64,000 bases of DNA, from positions 42,038 to 106,037 of the forward strand of contig JBDRAZ010000103.1 of assembly GCA_043823195.1 (NCBI GenBank), in the 5' to 3' direction. Origin of the DNA: an archaeon. Its GTDB lineage: Archaea > Nanobdellota > Nanobdellia > Woesearchaeales > JBDRAZ01. Positions 38,356-49,142 of this stretch are shown piece by piece; positions within the stretch are counted from its first letter, which is position 1; each line of letters opens with the position of its first letter. Position numbers and translations under genes: made by a program. The notes beneath the pieces are model-generated. The model worked only from the letters and a program-made list of their open reading frames with translations, did no database searches and was not told where the DNA came from.

Positions 38356-39657
38356 ATGAACATCGCAGTAATTGGAACCGGATATGTCGGCCTGACTGTC
38401 GGCGCATGCCTTGCAAACCTCGGCAACGACGTGATATGCGCCGATAAGGCGAAGGAGAAGATTGAAAACCTCAAAAAAGGCGTGCTCCCTATCTACGAGC
38501 CCGGACTGAAGGAGATTGTGGACCGGAACGCAGCAGAGGGCAGGCTCAGCTTCACCACTGATGCAGCCTCAGCCGTGAGTACCTCGGATGTCATATATAT
38601 TGCTGTCGGAACCCCTTCGGGTGAAGATGGCTCAGTGGACCTGTCCCAGGTCAGGGATGCGGCGCAATGCATTGGCCGGAACATGCATTCCTGCAAGATT
38701 GTTGTGGTCAAGAGCACTGTTCCTGTCGGCACATCCGGAAAAATCAGGGAGATCATCAGGGACAATCAGGCAGAGCCATATGACTTTGACATGGTGTCAA
38801 ACCCGGAGTTCCTGCGTGAGGGTTTTGCAATACAGGATTTTACCAGTCCCGACAGGATAGTGGTGGGGGCAGACAATGACGGGGCCAGGGAGACCATGGT
38901 TTCGATATACAAGGCAATAGAGCGGACAGGCAAGCCGATTTTGTTCACAGACATAAACAGCTCTGAGATGATCAAGTACGCGAGCAACGCGTTTCTTGCA
39001 ACAAAAATATCCTTCATCAATGAGATCGCAGGGCTCTGCGAGATTGCCGGCGCGGATATCAAGATGGTTGCAAGGGGAATGGGGCTTGATACCAGGATAG
39101 GCCCGAGGTTTCTCCAGGCAGGGGCCGGCTATGGGGGGAGCTGCTTTCCGAAAGATGTTAAGGCGCTTATTGCGACCGGCAGGGATAACGGGCTGAAGCT
39201 GTCAATACTTGAGGCTGTGGAAGATGTCAACCGCAGCCAGCGCAGGGTTATACTGGAAAAGGTGAAACGCTTGCTGCCGGATCTCAAAGAAAAAAAGATC
39301 GCCGTCTGGGGTCTTGCATTCAAGCCAAATACCGACGACATCAGGGAAGCCCCGGCAATTGAGATCATCCAGGAACTTCAGAAAGAGGGGGCGGCCATCC
39401 ATGCCTTTGATCCTGCCGCAGTTGAGACCTCAAGGGAGGTAATTCCTGACGCAGTGTTCCACAGGAAGGCCCTCGATGCGGTCAGGGGGGCTGACCTGCT
39501 CCTCATAATGACTGAGTGGGACGAGTTCCGCGAGCTTAACTTGAAGAAGCTCAGGGCCCTGATGGGCTCTCCCAACATTGTGGATGCAAGGAACATCTAT
39601 GAGCCGAAGGACATGTGCAGCCTTGGCATTAATTATGCCGGGGTGGGCCGGAAATGA
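38356..39657 (+). CDS. ugd: UDP-glucose 6-dehydrogenase
   Basis: [30 protein letters not shown].., catalytic GGSCFPKD, 433 aa. Confidence 0.8.
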   Translation: MNIAVIGTGYVGLTVGACLANLGNDVICADKAKEKIENLKKGVLPIYEPGLKEIVDRNAAEGRLSFTTDAASAVSTSDVIYIAVGTPSGEDGSVDLSQVRDAAQCIGRNMHSCKIVVVKSTVPVGTSGKIREIIRDNQAEPYDFDMVSNPEFLREGFAIQDFTSPDRIVVGADNDGARETMVSIYKAIERTGKPILFTDINSSEMIKYASNAFLATKISFINEIAGLCEIAGADIKMVARGMGLDTRIGPRFLQAGAGYGGSCFPKDVKALIATGRDNGLKLSILEAVEDVNRSQRRVILEKVKRLLPDLKEKKIAVWGLAFKPNTDDIREAPAIEIIQELQKEGAAIHAFDPAAVETSREVIPDAVFHRKALDAVRGADLLLIMTEWDEFRELNLKKLRALMGSPNIVDARNIYEPKDMCSLGINYAGVGRK

Positions 39658-40616
39658 GAATCCTGGTCACCGGTGGGGCAGGCTTTCTTGGAAGCCACCT
39701 GTGCGATTATCTCCTGGCCAGAGGCCACAGCGTAATCTGCATGGACAACTACATTACCGGGAAGAGGGACAACATCGGCCACCTTCTCGGAAAAGAGGGC
39801 TTTGCCGTTAGTGAGCACGATGTTACTAAGTATATCCGCCTGGAGGGCAGGCTTGATGCGATCCTGCATTTTGCGTCCCCTGCGTCCCCCATCGACTATC
39901 AGCAGATACCCATCAAGACGCTTAAGGTTGGCAGCCTCGGCACCCATAATGCCCTGGGCCTGGCCCTTGCCAAAAAGGCCAGGTTCCTGCTGGCCAGCAC
40001 ATCTGAGGTTTACGGCGATCCGAAGGTTCATCCGCAGCCCGAGACATACTGGGGCCACGTAAATCCTGTGGGCCCGAGGGGCTGCTATGATGAGGCCAAG
40101 CGCTTTGCAGAGGCAATTACAATGGCATACCATCGCGCGCACAAGGTCGACACCAGGATTGTCAGGATATTCAACACATACGGCCCGAGGATGAGGGCAT
40201 CAGACGGAAGGGTCGTCCCGACCTTCATCAGCCAGGCGCTCAGGAACGAGCCCATCACTGTGTTTGGCGATGGGTCACAGACAAGAAGCTTCTGCTACGT
40301 CGCCGATCTGATCGAAGGCATATACCGGCTGCTTGAGTCCCGGCCTGAACGTGGGCCCGGCAATGAGCCTGATGTTCACGACCCGGTGAACATAGGCAAT
40401 CCGCACGAGATGACTGTCCGGGGGTTTGCAGAGAAGGTGATTGCATTGACCGGCAGCAGCAGCAGGATCGTGCAAAAGCCGCTTCCCATAGATGATCCGC
40501 TGGTAAGGCAGCCGGATATATCGCGCGCAAGGAAGCTGCTGGGCTGGGAGCCAAGGGTTTCCCTGGAAGAGGGCCTTAGCCATACCATATCGTTCTTCCG
40601 GGACAATAACCTTTAA
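39654..40616 (+). CDS. UDP-glucuronate decarboxylase (UDP-xylose synthase) family SDR
   Basis: [18 protein letters not shown].., YDEAKR, about 320 aa, directly downstream of ugd with a 4-nt overlap. Confidence 0.7.
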   Translation: MRILVTGGAGFLGSHLCDYLLARGHSVICMDNYITGKRDNIGHLLGKEGFAVSEHDVTKYIRLEGRLDAILHFASPASPIDYQQIPIKTLKVGSLGTHNALGLALAKKARFLLASTSEVYGDPKVHPQPETYWGHVNPVGPRGCYDEAKRFAEAITMAYHRAHKVDTRIVRIFNTYGPRMRASDGRVVPTFISQALRNEPITVFGDGSQTRSFCYVADLIEGIYRLLESRPERGPGNEPDVHDPVNIGNPHEMTVRGFAEKVIALTGSSSRIVQKPLPIDDPLVRQPDISRARKLLGWEPRVSLEEGLSHTISFFRDNNL

Positions 40617-40623
40617 ATAAGCT

Positions 40624-41814
40624 ATGACATCTTTCCATCATATGACGCCCCTGGCCATTGACGGCGGAAAACCTGTAAGATCTGAACCTCTTCCAATATC
40701 CCGTGTCGAGGTCGGCGCCAGAGGGATCGCTGCAGTGACCGGTGTTCTGGCAAGCGGCCAGATCTCGCGCGGCAGCATGCCCCTTGAGTTTGAGAAGAGA
40801 TTCGCCCGGATGGTTGGAGCCAAAGAGGGGGTTGTTGTCGGTTCCGGGACCGCTGCGCTTCATCTGGCAGTCAAGTCACTCCATCTGCCCGTGGGCTCAG
40901 AGGTCCTTGTGCCCAGCTTTACCTTTGTTGCAACAGCCCTCGCCCCGGTCTACTGCAGCCTGAAGCCGGTTTTTGTGGAAATCGATCCTGACACGCTGAA
41001 CATTGATCCTGCTGACCTGGAGAGAAAAATCACACCGAAGACCAAGGCCGTCATACCTGTCCATTATGGCGGCAGGGTCTGCGATATGGGCGCGATAGGC
41101 AAAATCGCCGGAAAGCACAATCTGAAGGTGATCGAGGATGCTGCCCATGCCATCGGGGCTAAATGCAGCGGGCGCATGGTGGGCTCACTATCGGACATGA
41201 CCTGCTTTTCATTCTATGCAACAAAGAACATAACCGGCGGGGAGGGCGGCATCATAACAACAGACAGCAGGGGACTGGCAGAAGGGATGCGCCTTATGAA
41301 AGCCCATTGCATGGCACCGCTCAATGGCCTGCCCCACGCATCGGGATATTACGATGTAACCGGCGAGGGCTACAACTATCATCTCAGCAATCTCAACATT
41401 GCGCTTGTCTCATCACAGCTGGGCATTCTCAATGATGTAACAAAAAAGAGGAGGGAGATTGCAGCCAAACTAAGCGAAAGGCTCTCCAGGATTGCCTGCG
41501 TTGAGGTCCCTGCCTCAGTAAAAGACCACGTATATCATCTTTACACAATCAAGCTTAATACCCGGATGCTGAGGGTCTCCAGAGATAAGGTAGTTGAAGC
41601 GCTTCTCGCTGAAAACATAGGGTGCGGGGTCTACTACAGGCCGGTGCACCGGTTCTCATATTTCATCAGGCGTTTCGGGGCAGCCAGGCTTCCTTCCACC
41701 GAGGATGTATCCGGACGCATCATCACTCTTCCCATTTATCCTCTCATGACTGACAGCGACATAAATGATGTCTGCATTGCGGTGGAGAAGGTAACATCTT
41801 TTTATATGAAATAG
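40624..41814 (+). CDS. DegT/DnrJ/EryC1-family PLP-dependent sugar aminotransferase
   Basis: FSFYATKNITGGEGGIITT with canonical Lys. IEDAAHAIGA. Confidence 0.7.
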   Translation: MTSFHHMTPLAIDGGKPVRSEPLPISRVEVGARGIAAVTGVLASGQISRGSMPLEFEKRFARMVGAKEGVVVGSGTAALHLAVKSLHLPVGSEVLVPSFTFVATALAPVYCSLKPVFVEIDPDTLNIDPADLERKITPKTKAVIPVHYGGRVCDMGAIGKIAGKHNLKVIEDAAHAIGAKCSGRMVGSLSDMTCFSFYATKNITGGEGGIITTDSRGLAEGMRLMKAHCMAPLNGLPHASGYYDVTGEGYNYHLSNLNIALVSSQLGILNDVTKKRREIAAKLSERLSRIACVEVPASVKDHVYHLYTIKLNTRMLRVSRDKVVEALLAENIGCGVYYRPVHRFSYFIRRFGAARLPSTEDVSGRIITLPIYPLMTDSDINDVCIAVEKVTSFYMK

Positions 41815-41818
41815 CGGG

Positions 41819-42772
41819 GTGCTTTATATGGCAGATTTGGATTATTTCAAAGGAAAAAAAGTGCTCATAACAGGCGGCTGCGGTTTTATCGGGAGCAACA
41901 TCGCACGGGAACTGAACCGGCTGGGGGCCAGTGTGACCGTTTTTGACCTTGAGGAAAAGGGCCTTGCGCCCGGAATACGGTTCTTGGCCGGCGATGTATC
42001 AAGCCAGGGGCAGCTTGACAAGGCCATGGTGGGTGTTGATGTTGTGTTTCACATGGCTGCACTGCTGGGCGTGGAAAAGATAGCCAACATGCCCCTTGAG
42101 GTTATGGAGATCAATACCGGCGGGACAGTCAAGGCGCTCACGGCAGCCCGCAAGGCAGGGGTGAAACGGTTTGTCTATACATCCTCGTCTGAGATTTACG
42201 GCGAGCCCTACGAGATTCCGCTGAAAGAGGATGACCCGCCTGCGCCGGTCTCAATTTACGGGATCAGCAAGCTCGCGGGCGAGGCGTATTGCCAGGGTTT
42301 CTATGCCAGGTGGGGCCTCCCTACCATAAGGATCAGGTATTTCAATGTATACGGGCCCGGCCAGACTGAGCGCTTTGTCATGCCAATCTTTATCTCCAGG
42401 GTCGTGAAGAATGAGGCTCCGGTAATCTACGGGAACGGCGAGCAGTCAAGATCATACACCTTCGTGTCTGACGCGGTCAGGGGAACGCTGCAGGCAGCAG
42501 CCTGTGAAAAGGCAGTGAACAATGTTTTCAACATTGGAAATGACGAGATGGTGACATTAACCGAGCTTGCAGATTACATAATCCATCTTTCGGGCAGGGA
42601 TCTAAAGCCGGTCTACAAATCCTTTGGTGACGGGATCCGGGTCGAAAAGAGGGAAATCCTAAGGCGCCAGCCTGACACCACCCGGGCAAGGGAGGCGTTC
42701 GGCTTTTCGATAACCACGCCCTGGAAAGAAGGGGTCAAGAAATTCATGGACTGGTACGTCAATAACCAATGA
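41819..42772 (+). CDS. NAD-dependent nucleotide-sugar epimerase/dehydratase (SDR)
   Basis: VLITGGCGFIGSNIAREL.., YGISKLAGE (YxxxK). Confidence 0.7.
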   Translation: MLYMADLDYFKGKKVLITGGCGFIGSNIARELNRLGASVTVFDLEEKGLAPGIRFLAGDVSSQGQLDKAMVGVDVVFHMAALLGVEKIANMPLEVMEINTGGTVKALTAARKAGVKRFVYTSSSEIYGEPYEIPLKEDDPPAPVSIYGISKLAGEAYCQGFYARWGLPTIRIRYFNVYGPGQTERFVMPIFISRVVKNEAPVIYGNGEQSRSYTFVSDAVRGTLQAAACEKAVNNVFNIGNDEMVTLTELADYIIHLSGRDLKPVYKSFGDGIRVEKREILRRQPDTTRAREAFGFSITTPWKEGVKKFMDWYVNNQ

Positions 42773-42805
42773 ATGGCTGCAGGACAGATGGCTGCTGAAT
42801 AACAG

Positions 42806-44242
42806 ATGAAACCGCACATCCATGTTGGCAGGGGCGTTATCTACCTGACTTCAGCAGAGCTTTTTTTCTTCCTGACATCGTACATCACCTACTTTTTCAT
42901 CGGCAGGGCCCTGCGGCCCGAGGAGTTCGGGATATTCGGCGTTGTTGTGTTCCTGGCATCCATGATCAACACTGTCATAACAACTGCATTCCAGCAGACC
43001 ATCTCCAGGTTTGTTGCGCAGGACACCCGATATGCCTCTGATGTCAGGACAAAGGGCCTGCTCGTGGTTTTATGCTTCTCTTTTGCTATCACTCTGCTCT
43101 ATCTGGCGTCTGCCGGCTGGATAGCATCACTGCTTAACGATGCGTCCCTTGCAGTTTTTATCAGGATATCATCTGCGCTTATTCTGGTCAGTTCGGTCTT
43201 TCACGGCTATCTTGGCTATCTTAACGGCCTCAAGAGGTTTAGGGAACACGCGATAATCACATACATATACAGCCTCCTGAGGCTCCTCCTGATAGTATCT
43301 GCTGTCTGGCTGGGTTATGGTGTTAAGGGGGCTCTGGTGGCAATTATCCTGTCGCCGCTGGCGTTTGTCCTGGTCTTTATGTTCAGGTACAGTGGAGGAA
43401 GGATTTCGGGCTCGGTAACCCTGCGCAGGATATTCGCTTTTGCCTACCCGCTCATGCTCTTCACCATTGTGCTGAACCTTTTCCTCAACCTTGATCTCTT
43501 TATGGTCAAATCGCTTTCTGATGAGTCCTCCGCAAACCTTCTGGCCGGACTCTACACCGCAGCTTCGACACTGGCAAGGATCCCCTATTACCTGATACTC
43601 GGGCTGTCAATGGTCCTGTTTCCCCTGATCTCTGAATCAACCCATGCGAACAATCATGAGCGGACAAGGAAGCAGATATCGCGCTCAATGAGGTATTGCC
43701 TTCTGTTCCTGGTCCCGATTGTTGCAGTGATCTCTTCGACATCCCGCGGGCTCCTGACCCTTGTCTACTCGGCAGCCTACGCCGGTGCAGCCCCCGCCCT
43801 TGGGATACTGATTATTGGCAACGCCTTCTTTGCGCTCTTTGTCATCCTTACTACGGTAGTCTCTGGCAGCGGGCAGCCGAAAAAATCTTTCCTGATCTCA
43901 GTACCGCTTCTGGTGCTGGACCTCATCCTGAACTACCTCCTCATCACAAGGTGGGGCATCTCGGGCGCTGCTGCCGGGACAACCATCGCATCTGCTGCGG
44001 CTTTTTTCATTGCCGCATATTACGTGCACAGGAAATTCAAAGCCCTCATATCCGCGGCAAGCACTATAAGGATTATTGCATCGGGGGCCGCTGTTTACGC
44101 AGTCAGCCTCGCTGTAGGCATGCAGCATGTCCTGCTCCCCCTTAAATTTCTGCTGCTGGGCTCCCTGTACCTCATTGTGCTTTTCATATCAGGAGAGGTT
44201 AGAAAGGACGATATCCGGTTCTTCAGAAGCCTGGTACCATGA
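42806..44242 (+). CDS. Wzx-like polysaccharide flippase (MOP superfamily)
   Basis: 478 aa, about 12-14 TM helices, composition typical of Wzx/polysaccharide biosynthesis proteins. Confidence 0.55.
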   Translation: MKPHIHVGRGVIYLTSAELFFFLTSYITYFFIGRALRPEEFGIFGVVVFLASMINTVITTAFQQTISRFVAQDTRYASDVRTKGLLVVLCFSFAITLLYLASAGWIASLLNDASLAVFIRISSALILVSSVFHGYLGYLNGLKRFREHAIITYIYSLLRLLLIVSAVWLGYGVKGALVAIILSPLAFVLVFMFRYSGGRISGSVTLRRIFAFAYPLMLFTIVLNLFLNLDLFMVKSLSDESSANLLAGLYTAASTLARIPYYLILGLSMVLFPLISESTHANNHERTRKQISRSMRYCLLFLVPIVAVISSTSRGLLTLVYSAAYAGAAPALGILIIGNAFFALFVILTTVVSGSGQPKKSFLISVPLLVLDLILNYLLITRWGISGAAAGTTIASAAAFFIAAYYVHRKFKALISAASTIRIIASGAAVYAVSLAVGMQHVLLPLKFLLLGSLYLIVLFISGEVRKDDIRFFRSLVP

Positions 44243-44319
44243 TAACGATACCACATATAACGATACTATGTATAGGGATACGATGTATAACGATACTATG
44301 CTGATGATACCATGATAAC
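44235..44319. repeat. 73-bp repeat-rich spacer flanked by 12-bp direct repeats TACCATGATAAC (44235-44246 and 44308-44319) with internal (T)ATAACGATAC(TATG) reiterations
   Basis: Read directly. Collapsing the direct repeats would give an ATGA overlap of the wzx stop with the next gene's start. Confidence 0.6.
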
Positions 44320-45460
44320 CAGAGTCGGACCGGAAATTGGCATTTGGGATATCATTGTCTCACTGGTACCAAGGCCCGGGGACAGCAGGGCGGATTTCGC
44401 GGAGTCTCTCAGGTCATTCTTCGGCGTCAAAAAAGCCGTCCTGTTTCCGAGCGGGAGGTCGGCCCTCTACTACATCCTGAGGGCGCTGCCGCAAAAGAGG
44501 GTATACCTGCCCGGCTTTGACTGCAGGGCGGTTGTTGAGGCCGCCCTCCTTGCGGGAAAAAAGCCGATTTATGTTGATGCCGGCACTGACGGCCTTAACA
44601 TGGACCCGCAGGACCTCAGGAAGAAGATTCAGGCGGATTCGATTGTTGTTGCCACGCATCAGCTGGGCATGCCATGCGACCTGGACGGGATATCCTCCGT
44701 ATGCAATGAAAACAGCTGCATCATGATCGAGGACAACGCCGCATCGTTCGGGGCAGAGTACCGCGGGCGCAGGACCGGGGCCTACGGCGCAGCCTCGATA
44801 GTGAGCTTTGAATATACAAAGGCCCTCACAGCTGCCCGCGGCGGTGCCGCGCTATTTCAGGATGCTGCCCTGTGCGAAAAAGTAGAGGCCCTCTGCGCAA
44901 AAGAAATGGCCGTGCAGCCCCTCTCCACCAGAATAAAGAAGCTCGTGCGTCTGACCGGGTTTCTGCTGGCAACCAAATCATATGTCTACAGGCACCTGGT
45001 TCTTCCCCGGCTGAAAAGGCAGGGCTATTACACAGACAAGGGCGTCCCTGTCCTTTCAAAGGACCCTGAACTCTACTTTGAGGGCATGACCCGGTTCCAG
45101 GCCAGGCTCGGATTGCTCGGGATGGGCCGGATCAGGAGAACCCTCATGCGGAGAAGGTCGATTGCCGATGCCTATGGCCGGTCTCTGGGCGGTATAATTC
45201 ATCTGATTAAGGAGGGCGAACACACGGTACCCTCCTATATGAGATATCCGGTCCTGGTCACGGGCAAGATGGATTTCTACAAAGAAGTCCTGGCGAAGGG
45301 GGTGGACCTGGGCTTCAGTTTCAGCTATGTCTGCGGCGATATGAAAAACCTTAAAAACACCAAAAAGATCGCTGAACAGATACTGAATCTGCCGATGAGA
45401 TCAGCACTCTCTGATGCGGACGTAGCCGCCATAATTCGTGCAGTTAAGGACTCGATATGA
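44312..45460 (+). CDS. DegT-family PLP-dependent sugar aminotransferase-like protein (divergent)
   Basis: IEDNAASFGA.., SFEYTKALTAARGG (Lys present, GEGG degenerate). Confidence 0.5.
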   Translation: MITRVGPEIGIWDIIVSLVPRPGDSRADFAESLRSFFGVKKAVLFPSGRSALYYILRALPQKRVYLPGFDCRAVVEAALLAGKKPIYVDAGTDGLNMDPQDLRKKIQADSIVVATHQLGMPCDLDGISSVCNENSCIMIEDNAASFGAEYRGRRTGAYGAASIVSFEYTKALTAARGGAALFQDAALCEKVEALCAKEMAVQPLSTRIKKLVRLTGFLLATKSYVYRHLVLPRLKRQGYYTDKGVPVLSKDPELYFEGMTRFQARLGLLGMGRIRRTLMRRRSIADAYGRSLGGIIHLIKEGEHTVPSYMRYPVLVTGKMDFYKEVLAKGVDLGFSFSYVCGDMKNLKNTKKIAEQILNLPMRSALSDADVAAIIRAVKDSI

Positions 45461-46836
45461 AATTCCTGTTTGCAGTGCCAAGATTTGAAAGGGATACGAA
45501 CCCCCCGCTGGGTGTTGCCTATCTGGCGGCCTCGCTTAGGCAGGCCGGGTTTCCGGTTGACATTCTCGATCCGACGTTCGGGGGGGAAAGCTATGCAAAA
45601 AAAGAGCTGGGCCGCAGGAAATTCGATGTTTTTGGCGTCTCAGCCTACACCAAGAACTATGAATCCGGCCTGGAGCTGGCACGCCTGGCAAGGGCCCATA
45701 ATCCCAAATGCAGGATTGTGTTCGGCGGCGTCCACCCGACTATACTCGGTGATGAGGTGATCCAGGAGCCGCTTGTCGACATTGTTGTTCTGGGTGAGGC
45801 AGAAGAGACAATTGTGGATCTGGCCGTTGCGCTATCCAAGGGAAAACCGCTTTCCGAGGTTAAGGGCATCATCTACAAGGAGAACGGCCGCCCCCGCACG
45901 ACAGCGCCCCGTTCGCTGATCCGGGATCTTGACAAGATACCCTTTCCTGCACGCGACCTCCTTCCTATGAGGGAATATCTCAACGCCAACTACGGCAGGG
46001 CTGCCTGGTCTGTAAAGCAGCCCGCGACGTCCGTGATAACCTCCCGGGGGTGTCCGTACCGGTGCACATACTGTTCATCCCACCTTATGTTCGGAAGGAC
46101 GGTGAGGTTCCGGTCGCCTGAAAACATTGTCGGCGAGATCAGGGCGCTCATCAGGGATTACGGCATCAGGGGCCTGACATTTGTTGATGACACCTTCACG
46201 CTGAAGGCAGACAGGATTGAGGGGCTTCATGCGCTTCTTAAAAAGGAATCTATCAGGATTGAGTGGATCTGCAACGGCCGTGTTGACACAGTCACAAAGG
46301 ACATGCTGCGCACAATGAAGAAGTCAGGATGCGAGGTCATTGCCTTCGGCGTGGAATCAGGCAACCAGAGGATACTTGATGATATTCTCCACAAGAACCT
46401 GAAGCTTGCCCGGGTCAGGGAAGTATTCAGATGGTGCAGGGAGCTTAAGATCAAGACAGATGCCTATTTCATGATCGGGATCCCCGGCGAGACATTGCAG
46501 GACATAAGGAACACGATCAGGTTTGCCAAGGAGATCAGGGCAGATGCTGTGAATTTCTCGATCACAAGCCCGATGCCCAAGACTGAGCTGTATGACATCG
46601 CGCAAAAGCACGGGAAGATCATTGCAGAGAAATACAGTGACTTCGACTATGCAAAGAAGTCAGTCTTTGTCTCCGATACCCTTGACCCTGAGACAATTGA
46701 AAAATGGAAGCGTTACGCAAACCGGAGCTTCTATTTTGATCCGCGCTATGTTCTTAGGCAGCTGCTCTCAATCAGGGGCACAGGCGATATAATAAAGAAG
46801 CTCAAGGGTTTTCTTATGGTCCTGGACAGGCAATAG
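45457..46836 (+). CDS. B12-binding (class B) radical SAM enzyme
   Basis: B12-domain N-terminus, SRGCPYRCTYCSS, FVDDTF, FGVESGNQ. 4-nt overlap with the upstream gene. Confidence 0.7.
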   Translation: MKFLFAVPRFERDTNPPLGVAYLAASLRQAGFPVDILDPTFGGESYAKKELGRRKFDVFGVSAYTKNYESGLELARLARAHNPKCRIVFGGVHPTILGDEVIQEPLVDIVVLGEAEETIVDLAVALSKGKPLSEVKGIIYKENGRPRTTAPRSLIRDLDKIPFPARDLLPMREYLNANYGRAAWSVKQPATSVITSRGCPYRCTYCSSHLMFGRTVRFRSPENIVGEIRALIRDYGIRGLTFVDDTFTLKADRIEGLHALLKKESIRIEWICNGRVDTVTKDMLRTMKKSGCEVIAFGVESGNQRILDDILHKNLKLARVREVFRWCRELKIKTDAYFMIGIPGETLQDIRNTIRFAKEIRADAVNFSITSPMPKTELYDIAQKHGKIIAEKYSDFDYAKKSVFVSDTLDPETIEKWKRYANRSFYFDPRYVLRQLLSIRGTGDIIKKLKGFLMVLDRQ

Positions 46837-46837
46837 A

Positions 46838-48001
46838 TCAGCCAAAAATAAATCTGTTCACCAGGGCGTATGCAGCAGGGTTTCGGTAGAGTATCAGGGC
46901 GGCCGCGTTGAGCGCAAGATATGTCCCGATAAAGATGGCCCACATCCATTTTTTGTGCCTGAACCGCCCGATCCACTGCCCCATTCCATCGACTCCAAGC
47001 GGAATGGCGAACAGGAAGGCGAGAAAGGCATACCTGTCCAGCAGCACTTTCCACATGAACGTAGATACGACCCCGCTGATCAGGAGGGCTGTAAAAAGCA
47101 CTTTCTTGTTGTAGGTGCCGCCGCGCATAATCCTGTAATAGGCATACAGGCAGGGCGGCAGCAGTATGCTGAACGCGCTGATATATGCAACAATGAACCT
47201 CAGGATTGTAAACTGGCTCTTGACATCCGAGGTTGCGAAATCATGTGCCAGCCACTGAAACAGGTTGTAGTCAAAAAGGACCGTATTGATGACCTGGTTA
47301 ATTGCGTAGGGTATCAGAAACCCTGCCGAGATAACGATCAGGACAGCAAGCTTGTCAAGAGCCCGGTTCTTTAATCCGGTAAGCCTAAGCCTTCCCCTGT
47401 CAAACAGTATGACCAGAAACAGGAGGACTATGCCCATTCCTGCATTCTCCTTCATAAGTGTGGCAGTCCCGCACAGAACGCTTATTAGAACGGGCCTGGC
47501 CAGGCTGCCGGGATATCTGCCGGCATAATCCAGGGTAAGATACACAGTCAGGGCATAGAAAAAGTGTGTGCCTGCATCAGCAAGGAGCGAATAGTCAAAA
47601 TGCAGGACCACAAGAGAGCTGTTATAGATTATGGCCGAGATGAGACCGACGTGCCGGCCGAATCCTAATCTGAGGCAGACCAGGTAAACCAGGATGCTTG
47701 TCCCCAAAACAAAGAGTATGTTTGAGATGTGGAATATGTCTTTCATCAAGGGGGGGTACAGGCTGATCAGAAGCGACTGCATCGGCCTGAGAAACCTGCT
47801 TTTGTCCTCGTGGTGTTCCTCATGGTCCCAAAGCCTGACCTGCTCAATGCTGCCGTTCACCATAATGTTGGCGGCCTTGATGTATCCGGCAGTGTCAGAC
47901 TGCTCGTAGTACCCATACCCCAATGTAAGCAGCAGGGCTACAAAGAGGCTGAACCCCGCGATGATTAAGGCGTCATTCCGCAATCTTTCTGTAGGCTTCA
48001 T
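46838..48001 (-). CDS. polytopic membrane protein (possible Wzy-like polymerase or GT-C)
   Basis: 387 aa, about 10 TM segments, no soluble domain. Confidence 0.4.
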   Translation of the reverse strand: MKPTERLRNDALIIAGFSLFVALLLTLGYGYYEQSDTAGYIKAANIMVNGSIEQVRLWDHEEHHEDKSRFLRPMQSLLISLYPPLMKDIFHISNILFVLGTSILVYLVCLRLGFGRHVGLISAIIYNSSLVVLHFDYSLLADAGTHFFYALTVYLTLDYAGRYPGSLARPVLISVLCGTATLMKENAGMGIVLLFLVILFDRGRLRLTGLKNRALDKLAVLIVISAGFLIPYAINQVINTVLFDYNLFQWLAHDFATSDVKSQFTILRFIVAYISAFSILLPPCLYAYYRIMRGGTYNKKVLFTALLISGVVSTFMWKVLLDRYAFLAFLFAIPLGVDGMGQWIGRFRHKKWMWAIFIGTYLALNAAALILYRNPAAYALVNRFIFG

Positions 48002-49142
48002 AGTATCTTTCTGCAGATTTCTTCAATGAGAAATTGCTGACCGCGAGTTTCCTCACATTTTCCCGGCAAATCTTCCGAAGGCCGCCGCTTTCCATCATTG
48101 TGACAACGGCGCTGCTGAACCCCTGAACATCCCCGTACCTGGCCAGGAGGCCTGTCTTGCCTGGCTTCACGACCAGCTCGGTGTCCCTGGCATCGGTTGC
48201 GACAATCGCTGCGCCGCACGCCGCCGCCTCAAAAAGCGATGCAGTTGAATAGTTGCATGTGTCAGATGCAAAAAGCACAACCTCTGCGAGATTGTAATAG
48301 TCAACAAGGCAGGCATTGTCGACATTGCCGGCAAAATCCACGCTCTTGTGCACCCCGGTTTCCCGCGCCAGCGCCTCAACCTCTTTCCTGGTCGGGCCGT
48401 CGCCGGCCAGCACGAGGACCGCATTCGGGACTTTCCTCAGTATCTCAGGCATGCACCTCACAGCGAAATCCTGGCCCCTGACCTTCCTGAGCCATCCGAC
48501 TAGCAGCAGGACCCGCCTGCCCCTGTATCTGGCAGAGATTGACCTGGCCGGCTCCCCAGGTGCAAAATGGTCCACATCTGTGCCTGCCGGGATATGGATC
48601 CTGTTGGGATTCGTGACCCCTATCCTGTCTGCATATAAGAACATCTCGCTTGCATCATCTGAGACCATGCAGTCGACCCTGTTCAGGTAGTGCTTCAGGA
48701 TGCTCCTTACGACAGGGATCCTGTGCCCGACCCGCAGCCCGCTTCCAAGGAACGTCACCAACACGGGTTTTCCGGTGCTCCTGCCGACCCTGTACGCAAC
48801 AAGCCCGCCCGGAACAGCCCAGCACCCGTGAATTATGTCAGGGTTTATCTGCCCGGCGGTCTTCTTTGCATATGCAAGCATGGTGCGTGAATACTGCAGC
48901 CATGAGAGGAAGTTCCTGGGACCGAAATCCGAAAGATTGACTGGCGGCAGGTCAAACTGGTGGATCTTTATGCCCTCATACTCACTGACCCGCTTTCCTG
49001 CCTCAACACCCGTAACCACATGTATTTCGCACCCCATGCCCAGCAGTTCCTTCATTATCTTATGGATGAATATTCCGCGGTAGCTCTTCTTTGACTGCGG
49101 ATAGCTGGAGCTGATAAGGAGTACCTTAATCATTGGAGACAA
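47973..49142 (-). CDS. glycosyltransferase family 4 (GT-B, RfaB-like)
   Basis: N-terminal MIKVLLISSSYP.., C-terminal ..LFEAAACGAAIVATD.. with GT4 E-x7-E-like region. Confidence 0.65.
   Translation of the reverse strand: MSPMIKVLLISSSYPQSKKSYRGIFIHKIMKELLGMGCEIHVVTGVEAGKRVSEYEGIKIHQFDLPPVNLSDFGPRNFLSWLQYSRTMLAYAKKTAGQINPDIIHGCWAVPGGLVAYRVGRSTGKPVLVTFLGSGLRVGHRIPVVRSILKHYLNRVDCMVSDDASEMFLYADRIGVTNPNRIHIPAGTDVDHFAPGEPARSISARYRGRRVLLLVGWLRKVRGQDFAVRCMPEILRKVPNAVLVLAGDGPTRKEVEALARETGVHKSVDFAGNVDNACLVDYYNLAEVVLFASDTCNYSTASLFEAAACGAAIVATDARDTELVVKPGKTGLLARYGDVQGFSSAVVTMMESGGLRKICRENVRKLAVSNFSLKKSAERYYEAYRKIAE

Noticed and set aside
44235-44319. Tandem short repeats as a CRISPR array (also the 15-nt repeats at 34563-34622)
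   Set aside because: Units are 10-15 nt with no unique spacers and no cas genes. One set is in-frame coding.
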